A DNA stretch of 63,949 nt, the filler included, from Klebsormidium nitens (Eukaryota > Plantae > Klebsormidiophyceae), in assembly GCA_000708835.1 (NCBI GenBank). It is 6 parts of 6 records of this genome, joined end to end, with 100 filler letters (N's around TTAATTAATTAA, not from the genome) between each part and the next. Parts side by side here need not be neighbours in the genome. Positions count along the whole stretch, not along the records: positions 29,553 to 59,371 come from DF237789.1; positions 59,472 to 62,111 come from DF238657.1; positions 62,212 to 63,949 come from DF238067.1; 3 more parts are not named here. One strand, 5' to 3'. Position numbers and translations under genes: made by a program. How positions within the stretch are numbered: position 1 is the stretch's first letter; each line of letters begins with the position of its first letter. Positions 49,301 through 62,379 of this stretch are shown here, piece by piece. The notes under the pieces are model-generated. The model saw nothing but the letters and a program-made list of their open reading frames with translations, was not told the origin of the DNA and searched no databases.

Positions 49301-50168
49301 TCAGACTTCGCAGAAGATTGTCCGCATTGGGCTTGCCAGATTGCTATTGGGTTACTGAAAGGCATGATGTCCTTGCAACCGGGTTTCCAGTGAACTTCAC
49401 GTACGATTTACTGTCTTGCATGAGAAGGCCACTTCGTTTGATCGTTTAGCACTTTTATTTTAGTGAGTTCATCATACCTATGTAATTCGATCAAACGTTG
49501 GTTTCAAATCAAGCGCTATACCACTTACAACAAATAGTCTTGAACTTTCATTGCCGTGGGCTCGCGACCATATATAGTGATATAGATATTTAATGATGAA
49601 TCGTGCGCTGAGACCTTAACTTACAATTGGGTGCCAGATCCTTAATGTGTGCATTGCGGTTTGATCATATATACCACGCCGTGGCCTGCAATCCTTCAAC
49701 ACCGCTGTTGATACATATGGGCGGCCACCACTACAAGGTCTCTCTTTCTATAGTCTACCTATGATCAAGCTAGCATTGCAGTTGGCCGCACGTCAATGCA
49801 GACTATGATCAACTGATGTGAATCTCCACCGTGACAGATCAACTGCGCGTGATCTGCGCACATGCGCCTCATGCAAGTACGGACTCATGGCTGTTCAGAG
49901 GATTTGCACACCTAACTTTTGGGAAAAGGGCTTCCGCTAAGCTTCCTTTTCAATCTGCGTGTTACAACGAGGCCGATAACGATGTTTTACACTACCAATG
50001 ACATTTGCAGCAGCCGGTCTCAACGGTAGCTTGAATGATTGACAGCAGCGCACTATGCTGGCTAGGGACACGAGTTTTTCACGCGGACGGGCTTAACATC
50101 TTGTGCCAGCAAGGAGTAACCATCAACTCACAGCTTATGTCGAAGCAACTCTACGGATTGGAGCTTTT

Positions 50169-53100
50169 TTATCTCGATAAGACCAGAACGCGTTGCCCTC
50201 GTGCCCGAACTTCTGTTATCCGGCCCAAATGTCTGAGTACCTGCATAAGTGCTCCCCGCATCAAGATTGTCAGATTCTTCGTTCCCAGCATGAAACATGT
50301 CGTTGTTCAGGCCTCTTGAAAGCATTGTTCCACTGCGCTGGTCGGATCGTTATCGTAAATGCAATGAGCAGGACTAGGACTCGGTTCCTGGTGCAGCACA
50401 TGGTTTCGAAGTAAATCAAAATCCGAGGTCATATTGGCCATGGTGTCACAGCGGAAAACAAGAGAGCTGAAATTGAATCTCAGTTGCATGCTCGTCCTGA
50501 TGCACTTCGTGCTCGGCTAGAACGAAGGCGCACAACTGCATTGAAGTCCACGGTATTGCCGTTCCATTTGTCCAAGCACAAGCAAGGTTGCTGTCCACTT
50601 TCAGTGTGAATCTTGATTGCTCAGGTCCAACTTCACACACAGGAAATTGTTCAAAAGGTTGCTAGGGCAATCGTCCTTGCAGCCAAAAGGATCGGCTTGG
50701 ATCAGGTGGCAATCTTTGGAGCACACCGTTGGATACTCGTGCCAGAACAATCTCGGAAGCATGGCACTTGCACGCCAGGGAGACGACGGAAGGGATGTCA
50801 AAAGACTGTCTTTCAAGACAACGCAAGTAGAACCTGAACATCGCAACACTGGGCAAAATGTCCGTCATGCTCCTGATGATATGAGCGTAAATAGCAGATA
50901 CTAATCCGCGAAGCCCCTTGCGCCAAGAATCCCTCTGCATGAGAACATTCCCTCAGCGACCATAACATCCTCGCCGGGCTCCTATCTAAGCAAAACCTCC
51001 TATGATCTGGCAATGTGCATAGCAAAATGGGAGACATATAGCTTCTCAGATCTGTTCATAGCGGGGTCGTTAGGACTCTCGGAATGGTTGAGAGAATGGC
51101 GTCAATAGCCTATCGAAGCTCACCGTGAGGATCGACTTCCCGGTTGTGTCCATTTTGAGGTGCGTCCCCGACCGCATGTCAAACTCCAGGAAGAAGGCCT
51201 GGCCCTTGACCCCCTCCAGTGCCGTGAGCTCCCGAAGCTCCTGCAGACGGATGAGAAAAACTCTTTTCAAACGAAACTTTTCGCCTGTAATAAGTCGACT
51301 CAGGGCGAAACTTAAAAAAGCTCTAAGGCCGGGCTCGAAGGGACCTGTTCCGTCGACCACCTCGAGCACCTGAAGGTAGCAGCACTAGGCCTTTTTCGAG
51401 CCAACCAGTCCAATGAGATCGTCGGGCCTTGGTTTAAAACAGCTCAACACTCGTCATATGAAGAGCAGACGCAGAGCTGGAACCAATGGAAGCTGCTCGG
51501 AAAGGTTTTGCAGATCGCGGCAGGAGCGAGAAAGTAGTGGGAGACGCAACTTAGAGACTTTCAGGACGAACGAGACCTTGACGCAATGAGTCGCTCTCGC
51601 AGTTGGCATTATGTCCTGAAGCAAAAGGTATGGACGTAAACTTGGCGGAGCGAACTCACCAGAACCTTCTTCAGGGCGTCCTCTCCCAGCTGCACCAGGA
51701 GAACAGTGTCTGAGCTTTCTCCGAAGATAACAGACTTATGGCGTTTCGGGGTCATTGTTAATCCGAACAAGTCCGCTCGTTTCCGGTCTCTAGACGGCAA
51801 CCCCGCAAACTTTCGCAACTTTGCCTTGTAGCCGTGTTATGATTTTCGGATATTGTTCTCAACCCGCTTCCTGAGGTTTGGCAATCCTCATGCAAGTTAT
51901 GCGTAGCAGAGCGGTCCCTCTGCACTGGCTCCAATTGAACTCGTATCGGCGCTCACTTTCTTCCGAGGCGCTGACAGCAGCTGTGCATTCGCCTCCGCAA
52001 ATGACGCCATGTCGTCGACTGCGGCGTTGACTTTGTCGAGCGTTAGTCGGCCCTTCATGTAGCTGCAGAGAAGCGAGAAAGTTCGTTATCTCTTGTAAGG
52101 TTTCGACGCTTCTGCTCACTAAAAGCGCCGCTTGAGCCTCAACGTCGAAAAAACTCTCTCCTGCTCATCGATCTCTCCCAACTCGTAAATAACCAACATG
52201 CGTCGCCCTTCACACGAGACTCTTTTCAGAAGAAACCGACATGTGAGGAAAGGCTTCTTGAACCTCTGATGCAAACGTAGGTCGAGTGAGGTCACTCCTA
52301 ACTGCCTGCACACTGTAAATGCTTTTCGACGGTAAAGAGGGGATCCGCGGATCAGAACTGATGCAGTTGAAGAAGAACTCTCACCTGGAGAGTGACTTAA
52401 GCTCGTCCATCGTAACGTACTTTCGAGGCACACCCCGGGGCTCCTTCTTCACCTGAGAAACAACAGCCTACGGAATTAAGGTTCCCGGACAGGGATCCTG
52501 ATGAAAAGAAAAGATGATATTGTTCTCGGTCTGACAATACAGGACGAGTAACTGCAATCAATCACGACGTATCAGAAGGCCCTACTTCAACGTGAGCTGA
52601 TGATGAGAAGCACAAGAGTCAATTCGGATCGAAGTCGTGTGATGCTCTGGTATGATCGTTTACGGAGAGTTTCCAGAATGTTTCACATGGTCATGCCGGC
52701 TCTGCATGTCCTACAAGAATGGAAACTGTCGAAACAAGAGGTTTGTTGTTTGCAAAGCCAGAAACGGAATGCAACTTAAGAGGTTGTCTCGAGCGGCCTT
52801 GCAGGAAGTTGCTTACCTTTGCAGTGCTTGGAGCAGTCTCCGTTCCATTATCTTCATTGACTTTGTTTGACTCGTTGGCTCTCGAGGTGGTGTATGAAGT
52901 GGACGTCTCAGAGCCGTTCTGTGAGCTGCAAAGTGTATCAGGACTCATTCAATCAGTCCCTCGGTTGACCCTGATCGCATTCAAAAGCTTGACCTGTGTT
53001 GTAGACGAGCAAGGTCTTCTCCACTACCCGTTCGCGAAACTGAGGACCACTGCTGACACTCCTGCACTTTGATTGTTAACATTCTCCCCCCAAGAAACAG

Positions 53101-54638
53101 AGAGGTTCGCCTTTCTAAGATCCAAAAATAGGCTGAGCGATGATTCAAAAAGTACATGGCTTGAATCGTCAAGATTTTGAGAAATTTACCATGCTGTGAA
53201 TCGCTCTCCGCAGTCTCTAAGGTTGTTCGAAGCACAAGGGTGGACAGACAACTACCCACCGACTCCAGACAGATTAGATGCCTGAAGCCTGATCTTTTGT
53301 CTATGACACAGTGATCAGCTGGATAGAAACGGTGAGCTTACAATCGGCCGCTCTGATTTGGCAGATGCGCCGGAAGGTGCGCCGCAATGGACTGCAGCTT
53401 TCGTTGTTGCTGTTGGGATCGTTCCACCAGGTCCTGCCATCAGGAAGCAAGAAACTACTACTTCGAGATGAATCCTACTAGTGCACCGGGAGATAGAGTT
53501 AAGACAGAGGAGTTGTGCAGGAAAAAGTGAGACATGGTATGAGTCTGCAGAGATCAAGTGCAGGGGCCGCCACTCTCTGCCCCTTCAGAACCTCACTTGT
53601 ACAGTAATTACTCAGTTATTATGGACACGGATATTTCGTTGACCAGTGCAGTAGGCTAAAATACAGAGACTTTCAAGATGAGCAAGGCAAGGGCTGCCAG
53701 AAGAGTGACTCTCTTGCGATCCAGCTGCACAACCACCTCAAGAGTAAGCACTACAATTGTTGCAGACTTCCTGATTGCAAGAGTCCTCCCAGCTGACAAG
53801 TGCTATTATTGTTCAGGAAAGTTTTGGCGCAGATCTATGATTCATGTGGCTCATTTTCCAGATTCTCTGCAGGTTCCATGCCGAGAATTCCAGTGGCAAT
53901 CAGAATATTTGCATGGTAGCTGGCGGTCTGGATGCGAGGTCAACCTACCTGCGTGCTGGGAAGCCCTTCTGCCTCATGCCTGAGGTGTGCTTTGATTGCT
54001 TGAAGCTGCCGCTCCAGTGCTTTGATGGAAGTGTCAAGGGCGGCCAAGTCTGCACCATATTGATCAATTGACACTGCAATCCAAAAGAAAGACTTGCTTA
54101 GACGAAGGCCGCAGTCAATCACTCAAAACGGACGAGGGCAACTTCCCCAATCTCCTCAGCCAGTATATAGCCCTAGAAACCCCAGGGGACAGTCCTGCAT
54201 CTAAGCATGAGCATGTCCATGTGCACAATCTGACCTCAGCTTACCTGGCAAAGCTTACTCAAAGGCAATCGAGCTGGTTTCAGCACTTTTCGTTCATTTT
54301 GACCCCTCCCATGATTCATCAGAAAAGAGGCAAGGGTCCAATGCTAAAGTGGCTTGAAATCTTAGTCACAGAGTCTTGTGAACTCAGCCACTGAGTCAAT
54401 CCATGCACTTGATCATTCAGTCGATCTAGGTCCTGTCACGAACATACTTTTTGATGCTACTCATGTCATCACCACCGTTGCAAGACCCTAACTTTGACAT
54501 TTGAAGTGCAGCTGCAAACTCACAATGCCGTAGGAGAATCATCTCCTTTAGGTCGGCGGCTCTTCGATTGAATGCTGCCATCAAAATCTGCAGTGAGTCC
54601 CCGGTTGAGCTGGCAATCTCATCTCCGCTGGTAGCCAT
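50169..54638 (-). CDS. SKA1: Spindle and kinetochore-associated protein 1 homolog, 9 exons (54638-54524, 54073-53949, 53433-53342, 52925-52817, 52452-52385, 52062-51957, 51689-51660, 51240-51124, 50240-50169), 277 aa
   Basis: All junctions are GT-AG and in phase (834 nt). Plant SKA1 motifs: AFNRRAADLKEMIL, DLAALD...LERQLQAIK, YVTMDELKSLSSYMKGRLTLDKVNAAVDDMA, VKGQAFFLE.D...LKMDTTGKSILTVLRHLGRI. Confidence 0.93.
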
Positions 54639-56404
54639 GTCCTCTTCCTCTTTCACTGACAACCACTTGTAGATGTACCAACTCTTGCGCTTCTGCGAAT
54701 CTTCAACCGATTGCAGCACAAATCAAACATTCACCGCTACTGCAAAAACGGTGAGATGGATTCTGCAAAGCCGCAAAAGTCCTGAGCTGGAATCAAAAGG
54801 TGGCGCACAATGCCAGCACGGCAGCAACTTGAAGCGTTGATCTCACATAGCGCAGCACACTGTGACTTAGGATAAAACTTAAGCTGTACCCACATTTTGG
54901 CGGGTGTTGTTAATGTCCTAAACCCAAAACGCACGAAGTCGACGCTGATGAAACCGGCGGGACTACGTGGGAATCCGGCACGAAGCAGGTTTGTTTGTCA
55001 TGGATTTTGACATCCAGAACCGTCACGACGCACCCGTCGTCTAGTGTTACTAACCCCTTAACTTCAAAAGGTTAAACCCACAGGCATACGATTTAGCTGT
55101 CTAGCTACACAGGCCTTTGAACTGTCTGCAGTGACAGACAGTGAGGCACCGTGAGGCAAAATGGTCAATCTACGTTATTTTACTAGTGTCTCTGGTCGAA
55201 TTGTCAGAGTAAATAGTTTCGCATGGCGTCAATCTGTGCAGCCATTGGCTGAAGGTCTGAATTGTGACAGAGCGATCTGTTCCAGGTCATTTCTGTCCGC
55301 GGCACATGAGGGTGTTAACACAGGACGCATGCCGGAGACACTAATAAAATAGCGTACTTCGTCCTACTTGCCACAGTGAGGGTCGGAGTGGCGAACTTTG
55401 CCTTTCAAAGGTCCACATGCCGCATCTGCCTCTACTAAGCTCGACACAATTCTCGGCAGCTGCAATGTTCTTCCGCAGTCAATTGCCGGGGCAGGTCCAG
55501 GAGCCTCCATTCTCAGTCTGCACAACTGGATACAGCCAGGAAGCTGCGTTCTCATGCTAATGCATTAGGCGTGCTTCGCAATAGGGAATCCATCGGGTAC
55601 TTCCACTTAAGTTATTGATTAATTTGTGGTGCATAAGTTCAGTCGGTTATAGTTCAGGCATAATGGCTTCCCAAGGCAGGCCAGCAGCCTTCTACATCCA
55701 TGTGCCAAAATTGAGGGGAGGAGCACCTGCATTGCATGTGCACTGTCCAGACGTGCAGCAGCCTGAGTCCACAGTTCAGTTCCTTCTGAAGAGAGTGAAG
55801 GTGCAGTTTATAGAACTTTTATGCTTGTTGAATGAATGTCTAATGCAGCATTGCGGACAATGGTCGTTGCACCTCATTACAATCATTCTGCAACTCCTGC
55901 ATGCAGAAATTTGGATCTTACCAGCCAATCTGACTCTGTTGTGGCCATTTCAGAACCATAGGCCGCTTATCCTTCTTGTCTTCGTTTATACATTTGTCGC
56001 TTTCTGACTAGCACCGCATAGATCAACAACTTCGAGGCTGGCTTGGTTCCATTCACTGGAAAGGCATTGCACAGCCTAGCGGGGCTTGAGTGAGAGGCTA
56101 TTCGAGTAGGTTGGGCGATAGGCAATTTGAACAGGTCGAGCAAATTCAAGTCTTACCAGACCGCTTCTTGTGTCTAGCATCGTCCCCTAACGTAAAGCAG
56201 ACGAGGACTTCCACACGCGCAGCCCCCTCTTGCTTTTAATGACCCATGACCACACAAAGTAGTGCAAACTTTGGAAGACAGAAAGACCCGATCGCAGCCA
56301 GTCAAGTTCTCCAGAACAGGCATGTCTGTCACGAGCTTTGAGCTTCCTAATATCACATTTGGTCTTCCGATTGTCCTATTGTTGATGTGACATAAGCATC
56401 CTCC

Positions 56405-59044
56405 ATGCTGCAGACAAGAGTGACCCTAGAACCGCATGAGTACGGTATGCCCAATGGCATGGTTGAGGTTCGGTTCCAGGACAGCCCTGACCCTGACGAA
56501 TACGAGAGCGACTTCAGCTTGGAACTGCTGCACCTCGTGCTCTCACCAAATGGAGAGCCGATTAAAAGCGGGCGCACTTGGCCGCACCTATGGGCCATAC
56601 TGAGCGCGACCCCAGCGGCTGATGCTGTTATGCCCCAGCTGCCAGTAAGAGAGGAGGGGACACGTGCTGCAGGTATTATATTGCGATTTTTCTTGGTCAG
56701 CTCTGTCCTGGCAGGTTCGAAATAATGTCAAAATAACCTCATGGAAATCATCTGTCTAGTGACATTAGCTGGATTCACGTTCTTCTTCGAAGAAAGCACG
56801 CAATTTTTGAAGAAAGCATGCTATCTTTCGTCCTAAGCATCTGTGAAGGAGGAGTTGCCCAGGATCTTGGTACCGCAAGGAAGCTTTAGTGATTCCCACT
56901 TTGCAGAATGATTAGTGTTATTCATGATTGGTTATGAAGTACTAAGAGGCAACATTGGTCATCTGGAAGACAACAGGTCCACTTTGTTTTGCCACCAGTG
57001 AATTGTGTCGCTTATGGTCCGTCATATTAAGTTCCCTACCCTAATGATCTTCTGCATTTTGGAAACGATTGAAAAGTAGTTATGTTTTCATTCACTGTTC
57101 TCGCAGCGCAAATCAAACCTGACGTCCCCCCTTACGCTCAGAGGACTTCACTGTATAACTGTCTTCGGCACCATCCCTTGTGCAGATATGGTCCAGCAAA
57201 CAGGCCCCTTCCCACAACAACAGGCCCCTATGCCCCAGCAAACAGGCCCTCTCCCACAGCAACACGGCCCTATGCCCCAGCAACAAGGCCCTATGCCCCA
57301 GCAACACGGCCCTATGCCCCAGCAACAAGGCCCTATGCCCCAGCAACAAGGCCCTATGCCCCAGCAACAAGGCCCTACCCCGGCTTCCCCGTCGAAAGGA
57401 CCTACAGCCCCTGCAAACCCCGGTGCCAGAGTATTGCCACAGGAGGACATGCTGCAAAACTTGGCACCGGGCGCAGTCTTCCAAGCTGAGACGTCGGGTC
57501 GGGCCCAATCCACGCCGCTGGAGACCCCCCCAGACACAACAACGCATGGCCTGCCATTGCCGACGGAGCCCCTACAGCCAGTAGAGGCCGCAACCCCTTT
57601 TCCTGTGGGCCTGCAGGACACTGCAAACGTTGGTGGTAGGAATAGGGATGCAGAAGCAATGTGTGGCGACCAACGGGGAGTTGAGAGGCCGCCCCCGACG
57701 TTTCACACCAGCCACGACTCAAGGGAACCCCAAGAACGGCACAGCTCGTTTAGGTTCTGGGGGAGTGATCGTGAGGCTGGGGGGCTGAGAAACGCTGCAG
57801 AAGAGCAGATTATCACCCCTGCTCAGCTTGATTTTGGAGACGAGGACGAACCGAGTCAGATTGGGGAAAAGGGTTCGAGGGAGCCTGGTGGGGGGGGCGG
57901 TGGCAATGCTGACGGTGAAGCGGAAGCGCAAAGAGGAGCTCAAGATCAAGGCAAAGAAGGAGCAGTGGAACAGGGAGGAAGAAGCATTGATGGTGGAGAC
58001 CGGAGAGAGCATCTTTTGGAAGAAGTGGCTCACGAGGTGATGAAGAAGCGGGGGCGGCAACTGGACTTTGAGAGTAGTGCGGCGGCGGCGGCAGGGCAGC
58101 AGAAAGGCGGCAATGAGATGAGTGGAGGCCCGGGAGCAAAAAGGAGGAAGCAGACGGGGGAAGCGGAGGGGTACCGTTCTTCGCAGGGGAGGGAAGGTGG
58201 GGGAAACGGAGGAGCTGTGACTGATCGAGGTGCGCAGTCGGACGGGGACGCTGAGCGGGGTCCGTTTATGCGAAACATCGGGGCGAGAGAATGAAGGCGG
58301 CCCTAGATAGCATGAGAGGGGTATTCAGAGGACTGCGCGGCTCGGCGAGGGGGGGTGCGGGGAAGTAGCAGCGCTACTAAGGGAAGGGGCTAAGGGAGGA
58401 GCACCGCTGGCAGGGGTAGGGGACGGGGCATAAGTTCAGAAGCGCATGAGGAGGCATCAGAGTCGGAGGACGGCGGCGAAAGCGGTGGTGGAGCTCTTGA
58501 TACCGTGAGCGGGGCGAGAGGCGGGGGCACTGCTGGGGGGAAAAGGGGGCGGGGATCTGCTGCGGGGGGAAGGGGTCGTGGGACTTCCACCAGAGGGGGG
58601 TCAGGTACAGGGGCCAGGGGACGTGGTGGTTTGACAAGGGGGGATGCAACTAGGGGGGAAAGAGGAAGAGGCTGGTCTGCTGGGGACAGCGGACGTGGCA
58701 AGAGCAGTGACCAAGAGGAGGAGGCGGGTAGGGGGCCTGGTAGTGGTTTTAGGGGGAGGGGGGGGAGAGGACCGGGAATGGAGACAAGAGGGCGCGGAAT
58801 GGATTCCGGGGGGAGGGGCCATGGCGCCGCACGGGCCGCTGGGGAGAGTTCCGCGAACTCAGGTGACGCACATGGCGTTCTCTTTCAGGATTGGCTTACA
58901 GAATTGGTATCAGTACGGGAAGCAGCTCGGAACGATAAGCGAGTCGGAAAAGTGGGGGGGGCTGGGTTCAATATCGAGAGGAAAGGGGGCCCCAAGAGCA
59001 AGGAAGAGTTGATGCGAGAAAGGCTGGGTTTGATGGAAAAGTGA
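56405..59044 (+). pseudogene. Unknown Q/P-rich then G/E/R-rich protein gene, probably spliced, frameshifted near 58295-58500
   Basis: ORFs 56405-56725 (exon-like), 57188-58294 and 58505-59044. The last two share a frame but are separated by stops and shifts. No domain was recognised. Confidence 0.4.
57194..57382 (+). repeat. 21-bp coding minisatellite x9 encoding QQ(Q/H/T)GP(M/L/F/T)P
   Basis: Nine in-frame units, consensus CAGCAACAAGGCCCTATGCCC. Confidence 0.95.
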
Positions 59045-59472
59045 ATTCAAGCTGACGAGAGTAACGGAAAGTCGATGCGTTGACTGGCCATAACGGAAGT
59101 CTGATTGGTCGTGGAAATATTCAGAACCATGTGCCCACTGTGAGGTGGGTGTGTCAGGAACTCGAGATAGGCTGGCACCTCAAAATTCGATCTTGCTGTT
59201 CCATTGCAAAATTGTTGCCAGTGTTGTACATGCGGATTCCCATACATTTAGGTAAGATCTACCGTTATGGTACAAGACAAATACGAGCTATTGACAGGCT
59301 TTCTTGTCATTCAATTTGGTTGTGACCGGTTCTCCTTCAGTCTGTCTTTCAACAAGGTCCAATCGAACTAGNNNNNNNNNNNNNNNNNNNNNNNNNNNNN
59401 NNNNNNNNNNNNNNNTTAATTAATTAANNNNNNNNNNNNNNNNNNNNNNNNNNNNNNNNNNNNNNNNNNNNT

Positions 59473-60922
59473 ATTCAGCGCCGCTTCACGGAAGGCTGGA
59501 CGCGCTGGGCGTACGTCCGGTACATGGGCGCCTACGAGAACGGAAACGGCTTCCGGGCTCCGTTCTTCATCTCAGAGGCAGAGTTCCGGGCGGTCCGCTA
59601 CCACATCATGGACCAGAAAGGGGGGGCCTCGGAGAAAGGGGAGGGCAAGTACACGCTGCGCCCGTTGCTCGCGCACGAGAGCCCTGCAGGGATGTTTGGA
59701 ACCCCCGGTTACTATCCCATCCGGACGAGCGGATCCTCCCCCGCCGTTAGCTTTTATTCGGAGTACTTCTGCATGCTGGCAGGAGCGCTTCCCCCCTACC
59801 AGAGCTACACCGTCAAGACAAAATCGGACGCGGGCGGCGCGCTGGTTCCCCGGTCTCCAGCTTCCCAACGAGCTCCAGGCCCTCGCGCGGCCGCACACTC
59901 CGCGCGCGATGCAGGTCTGGGCTATGATAGCGTATGACGCGCAGGCTCGGGCCGCCGTCTTCGAGCGTTACACCCCGGGAATGAAGCTGCCGGCGAGCCC
60001 CGAGAAGGAGAAGTCCCTGCAAGGGAGGAAGAAGGAGGCGACGCCGAGCCCGGGGCTGGGTCAAACCGGGGGAGCTCAGCTGCTCGGGCACACTCCCCCC
60101 CTAACTAAGAGACCGACAGAGGAAGAAGTCGGGGGGTCTGGTCGGAAGAGGTACCGGAAGGGGCAGCCAACGGAGTCGGTTGTTCCGAGTCAGGTTTTGG
60201 CTCTGGCCGGGGACCTGAGTTTGGCCGGTCGATTGAGCGAAGGAGGGCCGGCTTCTCTGGGCGAGAACACCGCCCGGTTGCTCCTGGAGGCCATGACCCG
60301 GCTTCCCACTGCGCTGACCGGGAGCGCCTTCACCCAGTTCGTCAGCTTCACAGGGAGGTTACCGGCCGCCGTTCCCCGGCTATCCGCTAACCCGGCTCCC
60401 CAAGCCAACCTGCAGATAATCAGCCTGCTGAGCGACTTTGTCGCCGCGGCCGCCCCCGTCTCGACCACGCTGGCCGAGATCCTGCTGATGGCCATGTACG
60501 AGCTTCTGAAGGACAGAGACATCATCGGCGCGATCCCGACCAGTCATCAACCTTCCCCGCCTCGCGGAGGGGGCCCAGGCCCAGGGTCCGGAGAGGAAGA
60601 TTCAGAGGAGGAAGACAGGGAGCTCGTGCGGCGCGGGGCCGCGACGGGCGCGGCCCAGTCATTATCCCCAGGGTTTACCGTCGCAAGGAGCAGGGAGGCG
60701 GCTCCGAACAGGGGAAGGGGCCAGGGCAGGCGCAGGCCCCCTTGGGGAGAATCGACAGCCCACTCCGCGGCCGCTCCCCCTCGCCCAGACGCGGCCTCTC
60801 GCGCGATTCGCGCGGCCGCGAGCGCTCCCCCCTCTCTCGCCGCGCACGCAGCGAGTCCTTCTCGGGGGACAGAAGCACTTCGAGCTCTTCTGAGGGCTCG
60901 GAACCCCCCTCGCCAACTGTAG
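59473..60922 (+). pseudogene. Intronless GC-rich hypothetical ORF, 5'-truncated by a gap, one apparent frameshift near 59845
   Basis: The frame of 59524-59937 (WAYVRYMGAYENG...YTVKTKSD) appears to continue into the 59696-60922 frame (WFPGLQLPNELQALARP...). Family unknown. Confidence 0.4.
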
Positions 60923-61029
60923 GAGGCGCGACTTCGGCTCGACGCGTGTCCCGCTCCCCCGACAAAGGTGCCACGTGGCCGGCGCCTCTCTACCCGACTC
61001 CGCGCCCCACCGCGGCCGCGAATCCGCCA

Positions 61030-62073
61030 ATGCAGGTCGCGGCTCCGCCCCGCGTCGCGCCAGAGGTCGACTCCCCCTTCTTTCGCATGGACGAGGACGA
61101 AGTCGACTTCGAGCCCACGCCGGAGCGCTTCCTGACGGCGGAGGATGACGTCACGGCCATGGAGAAGGCGCCCCCGGTTGGTGACCGCCTCCCGGTGCAT
61201 CAGCGCCTGGGGACCGCCACGGTTTTCTCCGAACGGAGGCCCATTTCTGAGCGCCTTTCTGGACAGGTGCAGGAGCCCAGAGTGCCGGTCGCAGACCGCC
61301 TCGGGCCCACGAACAGTCGGCCCCGAGTCCAGGATCGGCTTGACTTCTCCAGGGCGCCCTCCCCCGGTGATGAGCCCACGGTGACGATCGGGGATCGTCT
61401 CCTCTCGCTCGCGTCCGAAGAGGAAAACCGCGAGGAGTTGGCGCTCGAGCAGCAGTTTGAGGGGATCCCCTCACCGACCCCTGGGGTACAGCTGGACGGA
61501 ACCCCTGAACCAGATGATGGGAGCGTTAAAACCAAACGCTCCCGCTTCGACGAGCGCCCCTCTTTTCTGACGGCACTCGAGGCAGAGCTGCGCTACATCT
61601 CGGCGCAGCGACTTTTGCAGAAACATCGCCTGGCGGAGAAGACGTGGAGCGCCTACTGCGACGACCCCAACAACATGTGCCCGGGTCGAGCTGAAGACTT
61701 GGACTGCCTCGAGGGCATCCTTTTTCAGATAGCGGAGGCTGAGGCGGAGTGTGAACGGGCGAAGTGGGAATTCGACTTTGCGAAGGTGCGCGAGCAGGCG
61801 CAGGCTAAGGCAGCCGCGGCCGCCGCCTCTGTTTCGACGATCAGTCTGGGGTCGGGGTTTGAGCAGGGAAAGAAGAAGCGCCCCGCCAACAGACGCGGGG
61901 GCAAGGGGAGAAAGCCGGCTAAGCCGCCCTCTTTCGCGAGACCTGGCGCTGGTAAGGGCGGCTCGAAGACGGCTCCGTTGAAGAGGTCGTCCACGAGCAC
62001 GTCTGTCGTCACCACAGCCGAGGTCTCCGCGTCGATCAAGACTGTCTCCCGCACCACGCGCTGGGACAAGTGA
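61030..62073 (+). CDS. Hypothetical protein with repeated (V/I)xxRL(G/S/D) motifs and a helical C-terminal region
   Basis: Open frame 60742-62073, first ATG at 61030. Motifs VHQRLG, ISERLS, VADRLG, VQDRLD and IGDRLL. TGTAA lies about 33 nt after the stop. Confidence 0.5.
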   Translation: MQVAAPPRVAPEVDSPFFRMDEDEVDFEPTPERFLTAEDDVTAMEKAPPVGDRLPVHQRLGTATVFSERRPISERLSGQVQEPRVPVADRLGPTNSRPRVQDRLDFSRAPSPGDEPTVTIGDRLLSLASEEENREELALEQQFEGIPSPTPGVQLDGTPEPDDGSVKTKRSRFDERPSFLTALEAELRYISAQRLLQKHRLAEKTWSAYCDDPNNMCPGRAEDLDCLEGILFQIAEAEAECERAKWEFDFAKVREQAQAKAAAAAASVSTISLGSGFEQGKKKRPANRRGGKGRKPAKPPSFARPGAGKGGSKTAPLKRSSTSTSVVTTAEVSASIKTVSRTTRWDK

Positions 62074-62379
62074 TCTTCTGTACATACAGATAGTAAGTCT
62101 CTTTTTGTAACNNNNNNNNNNNNNNNNNNNNNNNNNNNNNNNNNNNNNNNNNNNNTTAATTAATTAANNNNNNNNNNNNNNNNNNNNNNNNNNNNNNNNN
62201 NNNNNNNNNNNAAATGTACCAGCATAGATTGCTTTTGGCCTAGAATAACGTTGCCATACTCTTGATACACCCCCCAGCCTTTTTTGATAGCATCCGAGGC
62301 CTTATGATCATTATTAGCGTTACGCGTTACGTTTCCGTTTTCCACCAAAATCCACCAAGGGTCATTTTAGCGTCCCTCT

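Noticed and set aside
57194-57382. Regular repeats considered as a CRISPR array (also 28601-29081 and 11277-11358)
   Set aside because: There are no unique spacers of constant length, no cas genes, and the context is eukaryotic.
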